Positions 61,747-64,000 of a stretch of DNA of 64,000 bases are shown piece after piece. How positions within the stretch are numbered: the first letter of the stretch is position 1; every line of letters begins with the position of its first letter. The translations under genes were made by a program, and so were the position numbers. Source of the stretch: Candidatus Micrarchaeia archaeon (GTDB taxonomy: Archaea > Micrarchaeota > Micrarchaeia > Micrarchaeales > Micrarchaeaceae); assembly GCA_049965095.1 (NCBI GenBank), contig JBMFWR010000003.1:5786-69785 (forward strand), written 5' to 3'. The notes below the pieces were generated by a model that was not told where the DNA came from, made no database searches, and saw nothing but the letters and a program-made list of their open reading frames with translations.

Positions 61747-62534
61747 AAAACAGCATCTGCTTCCGCTTTTCCGGCAATTTTCTCGAATATCTGCTTCGGA
61801 TCTCTTTCTATGCCGTAGCGCTTGTAGAAATAGCTGCATATGTTGCTTATATCCCTCATAAGGAAAGGCATTGCGTTTGGATGTTTTATTGTCACTGCCT
61901 GCCCGAAATCTATCACATATAGCCTGCCTTCTTTTACCAGTATGTTGTATTCGCTCATGTCTGCATGTATAAGCCTGTAATTATAGAGTTTTCCAATGTC
62001 TGCAATTATCTCATCAAGCGCAGCGCTTGGATCATCAAGCTCCACATCCTTGAGCATTGGTGCAGGAGTGCCGCCATTATCCCCTATAAACTCCATTGCA
62101 AGCACGGAACCGCTGAACATGTACGGTGAAGGGACAGGAACGCCAGCGCTCTGTGCAATCCTCAGATTGCCATACTCTTTTTTGCACCATGTTGATACGA
62201 TGAAGCGCTTGCTGCTTCTTATGCGGCTAAATCGCTCATCACCTACTATATAATCAGTCATGCTGGAAAAAGAGGATGTTTCAACCCTGAAGAACTTGAC
62301 AGCAACGTAATTGCCTCGCACCTTGTCGCTTTTGCCAGCATCAGCTATGTATATGTCAGCTTCTTTTCCTCTCGCAACAGGATGCTCAAGCTTGCTTATT
62401 ATGCCAGCATTGAAAAGCTTGCTCAGGTAGAGCATTGCCTGCTTGTCAAAAACCCCGCCTTCGGTTTTCTCATACTCCTTAAGCTTATAGAGTGCTATGT
62501 CTGGCATCTTCCTTTTGCCTACGCGCCTTGCCAT
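61743..62534 (-). CDS. RIO-type serine/threonine protein kinase (Rio1-like, no N-terminal wHTH)
   Basis: GKEADIY, VAVKFFR, LIHADMSEYNIL, IDFGQAV. Confidence 0.85.
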   Translation of the reverse strand: MARRVGKRKMPDIALYKLKEYEKTEGGVFDKQAMLYLSKLFNAGIISKLEHPVARGKEADIYIADAGKSDKVRGNYVAVKFFRVETSSFSSMTDYIVGDERFSRIRSSKRFIVSTWCKKEYGNLRIAQSAGVPVPSPYMFSGSVLAMEFIGDNGGTPAPMLKDVELDDPSAALDEIIADIGKLYNYRLIHADMSEYNILVKEGRLYVIDFGQAVTIKHPNAMPFLMRDISNICSYFYKRYGIERDPKQIFEKIAGKAEADAVF

Positions 62535-62542
62535 TCATACAC

Positions 62543-64000
62543 CTATTTTGAGGATTTTCGCGCCGGGCTTGCGCTCAGGCTTGCAAGCGCACCCATCAAT
62601 GGTAACATCATTATCTCAGCGCAAGCAACAGGCTCGCCTATGCTAAAGCCCTCTATTACTGCAGGTGACAGTTCTCCAAAAAGCCCTATTGCCATACCAT
62701 CAGAGATTATTGACGCGCACCTGCCTTCTATGAAAGATGGATCGCTGCATTCCTTGAGTGAATACTTAATCCCACACAATCCAAGCAATGATTCTACAGA
62801 TGCTTTTATATAAGAGAAACTTGCCTTTGCATCAACTATCGCAAATGCGATGGAATCATTCTCTATCGCCCGACCATTTTCAACAGAAAAAACCTTACCT
62901 ATCTCAAAAATCCTGAAGGGCATTGGTTCATGTCCTGATGCACCAATATTCTTAAGTATGCTTGGAAGAACCGATGTACGTAGCATTGTAAAAGTTTCTA
63001 CCTTTGAATATGCAATGCGCACAACTTTTTCTGGGTCGAAAGCCTTCTGCATTTTTGCAAAATTGGTTTCCTGATTGGTAAGATAGGGGTTTATTGCCTC
63101 GCTAAAGCCCAATCCCACCATTATGTTTGCTATCTTATTAGATAGAACCTTTGATTCCTCCTCGAGGCCTATTGAAGAGCCAAACACAGGATAGGGATTT
63201 ATTTTGGAGTAGCCATAGCCTATTGCTGTATCTTCTATTATGTCCCGCTCTCCAAGGATATCAACTCGGTAAGGAGGAACAAAAGCAAGGATTTTGCTTC
63301 CGTATAAAGCGGAATCTATTCCCATTCTTGCCAAAGCATTTGTCATTTGGCTACTGTCAATTCTTGCGCCTATGGCCTGCATTGCTGCCCTTGGTCGCAT
63401 TGTAACTCGCATATAACTAATTTGCGGCGTTACGGTTTCACCATCGCTTTTTATTATGCAAGGCTCGACCGTTGCACCCAAATCCACAAAGCTGCACGCC
63501 AGCATATTTATTACATTTGCAACTGCAGTATTTGAAGAGCCCGTAACATCGATCAGCAGGTTCTTTGTGCTTTCCTTGACCTTTGTAAGCGAGGAATTGA
63601 TTATAGGTATTAAGGACATTATTCTTCCTTTAGAATCCATAAGCACAGGGTATGCTCCCTTGCCCTCTATCGTGTACCCATAATCTATTCCCTTTGCATG
63701 CTCTTTCATTATCTGCTCTATTTCCATCTCTGTTTCAAAACCAAGAGGCACAAAGCTGCCTGCGCTTATCGCATCGTATTTGAAAGGGGGATTTACAGCA
63801 TCTATATTATGCATGCCCATCGCTATTTTGCGCCTTTTCCTTCCGTATGTTTCTGATATTTTTTCCATGAAGTTTATCATCTGCTTTAGCATGCCCCCTT
63901 TTAGATCTATGTTTCTTATTACCATTGCAGCTATTACGGGCCTGATGCGCCTTGCCGATTCGGTGACTTCCACATATGTGGCAGGATCCGCCTTTATAGA
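62543..64000 (-). CDS. pheT: phenylalanine--tRNA ligase beta subunit (archaeal type), 5' end outside window
   Basis: B3_4 region ...RPVIAAMVIRNI...INFMEKISETYGRKRRKIAMGMHNID, then B5 and the catalytic-like C-terminal domain. The reading frame stays open upstream of 63973 to the window end (...IKADPATYVEVTES...). Confidence 0.85.
   Translation of the reverse strand, partial: SIKADPATYVEVTESARRIRPVIAAMVIRNIDLKGGMLKQMINFMEKISETYGRKRRKIAMGMHNIDAVNPPFKYDAISAGSFVPLGFETEMEIEQIMKEHAKGIDYGYTIEGKGAYPVLMDSKGRIMSLIPIINSSLTKVKESTKNLLIDVTGSSNTAVANVINMLACSFVDLGATVEPCIIKSDGETVTPQISYMRVTMRPRAAMQAIGARIDSSQMTNALARMGIDSALYGSKILAFVPPYRVDILGERDIIEDTAIGYGYSKINPYPVFGSSIGLEEESKVLSNKIANIMVGLGFSEAINPYLTNQETNFAKMQKAFDPEKVVRIAYSKVETFTMLRTSVLPSILKNIGASGHEPMPFRIFEIGKVFSVENGRAIENDSIAFAIVDAKASFSYIKASVESLLGLCGIKYSLKECSDPSFIEGRCASIISDGMAIGLFGELSPAVIEGFSIGEPVACAEIMMLPLMGALASLSASPARKSSK

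Overview
This window looks like a compact, moderately AT-rich archaeal chromosome segment. All product calls come from motif recognition in the supplied translations, since no database search was possible. Archaeal markers: TFB, an archaeal histone, proteasome beta subunit, aCPSF1 and aCPSF2 beta-CASP RNases, Hel308, EndoQ, Sec61-gamma/SecE, uL30/uL15, Dph6, TruD, archaeal-type PheT, intron-containing tRNAs and an RNase P RNA. I support about 60 protein genes, 3 tRNAs (Ile-GAU with a canonical intron, Gln-CUG, and Thr-GGU with two insertions), one compact RNase P RNA, one HAD-hydrolase gene interrupted by a single in-frame TAG, and several short repeat, palindrome or promoter-like elements. 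I found no rRNA, CRISPR array, transposase or integrase. The most interesting region is about 15.3-28.6 kb. It holds a type IV pilus (Tad/Epd-like) assembly operon: a PilB/FlaI-family ATPase, two separate TadB/TadC-like membrane proteins and two orphan coiled-coil proteins. This operon converges on a four-gene operon whose products all start with class III (prepilin-like) signal peptides. Three of those four are 639-902 aa and carry repeated LamG/concanavalin-like modules, one with a beta-propeller. The modules are joined by a conserved junction motif that is nearly identical at the nucleotide level between genes. A fifth pilin-like LamG/DUF2341-like protein lies at 40-41.5 kb. A 1589-aa Lys/Arg-poor, sequon-rich surface protein sits in an apparent operon with a membrane-anchored coiled-coil protein at 31.6-38.3 kb. 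Together these suggest a cell-surface adhesion or host-contact apparatus of the kind expected in small episymbiotic (DPANN-like) archaea. That lineage assignment is inference only. Other noteworthy items are a TFB with an N-terminal AT-hook extension, three adjacent RCK/TrkA-N genes without a canonical K+ filter, and a heat-shock divergon (wHTH-grpE-dnaK-dnaJ / hsp20) with a perfect palindrome at the predicted hsp20 transcription start. Conserved ribosomal and secE neighbourhoods are also fragmented.
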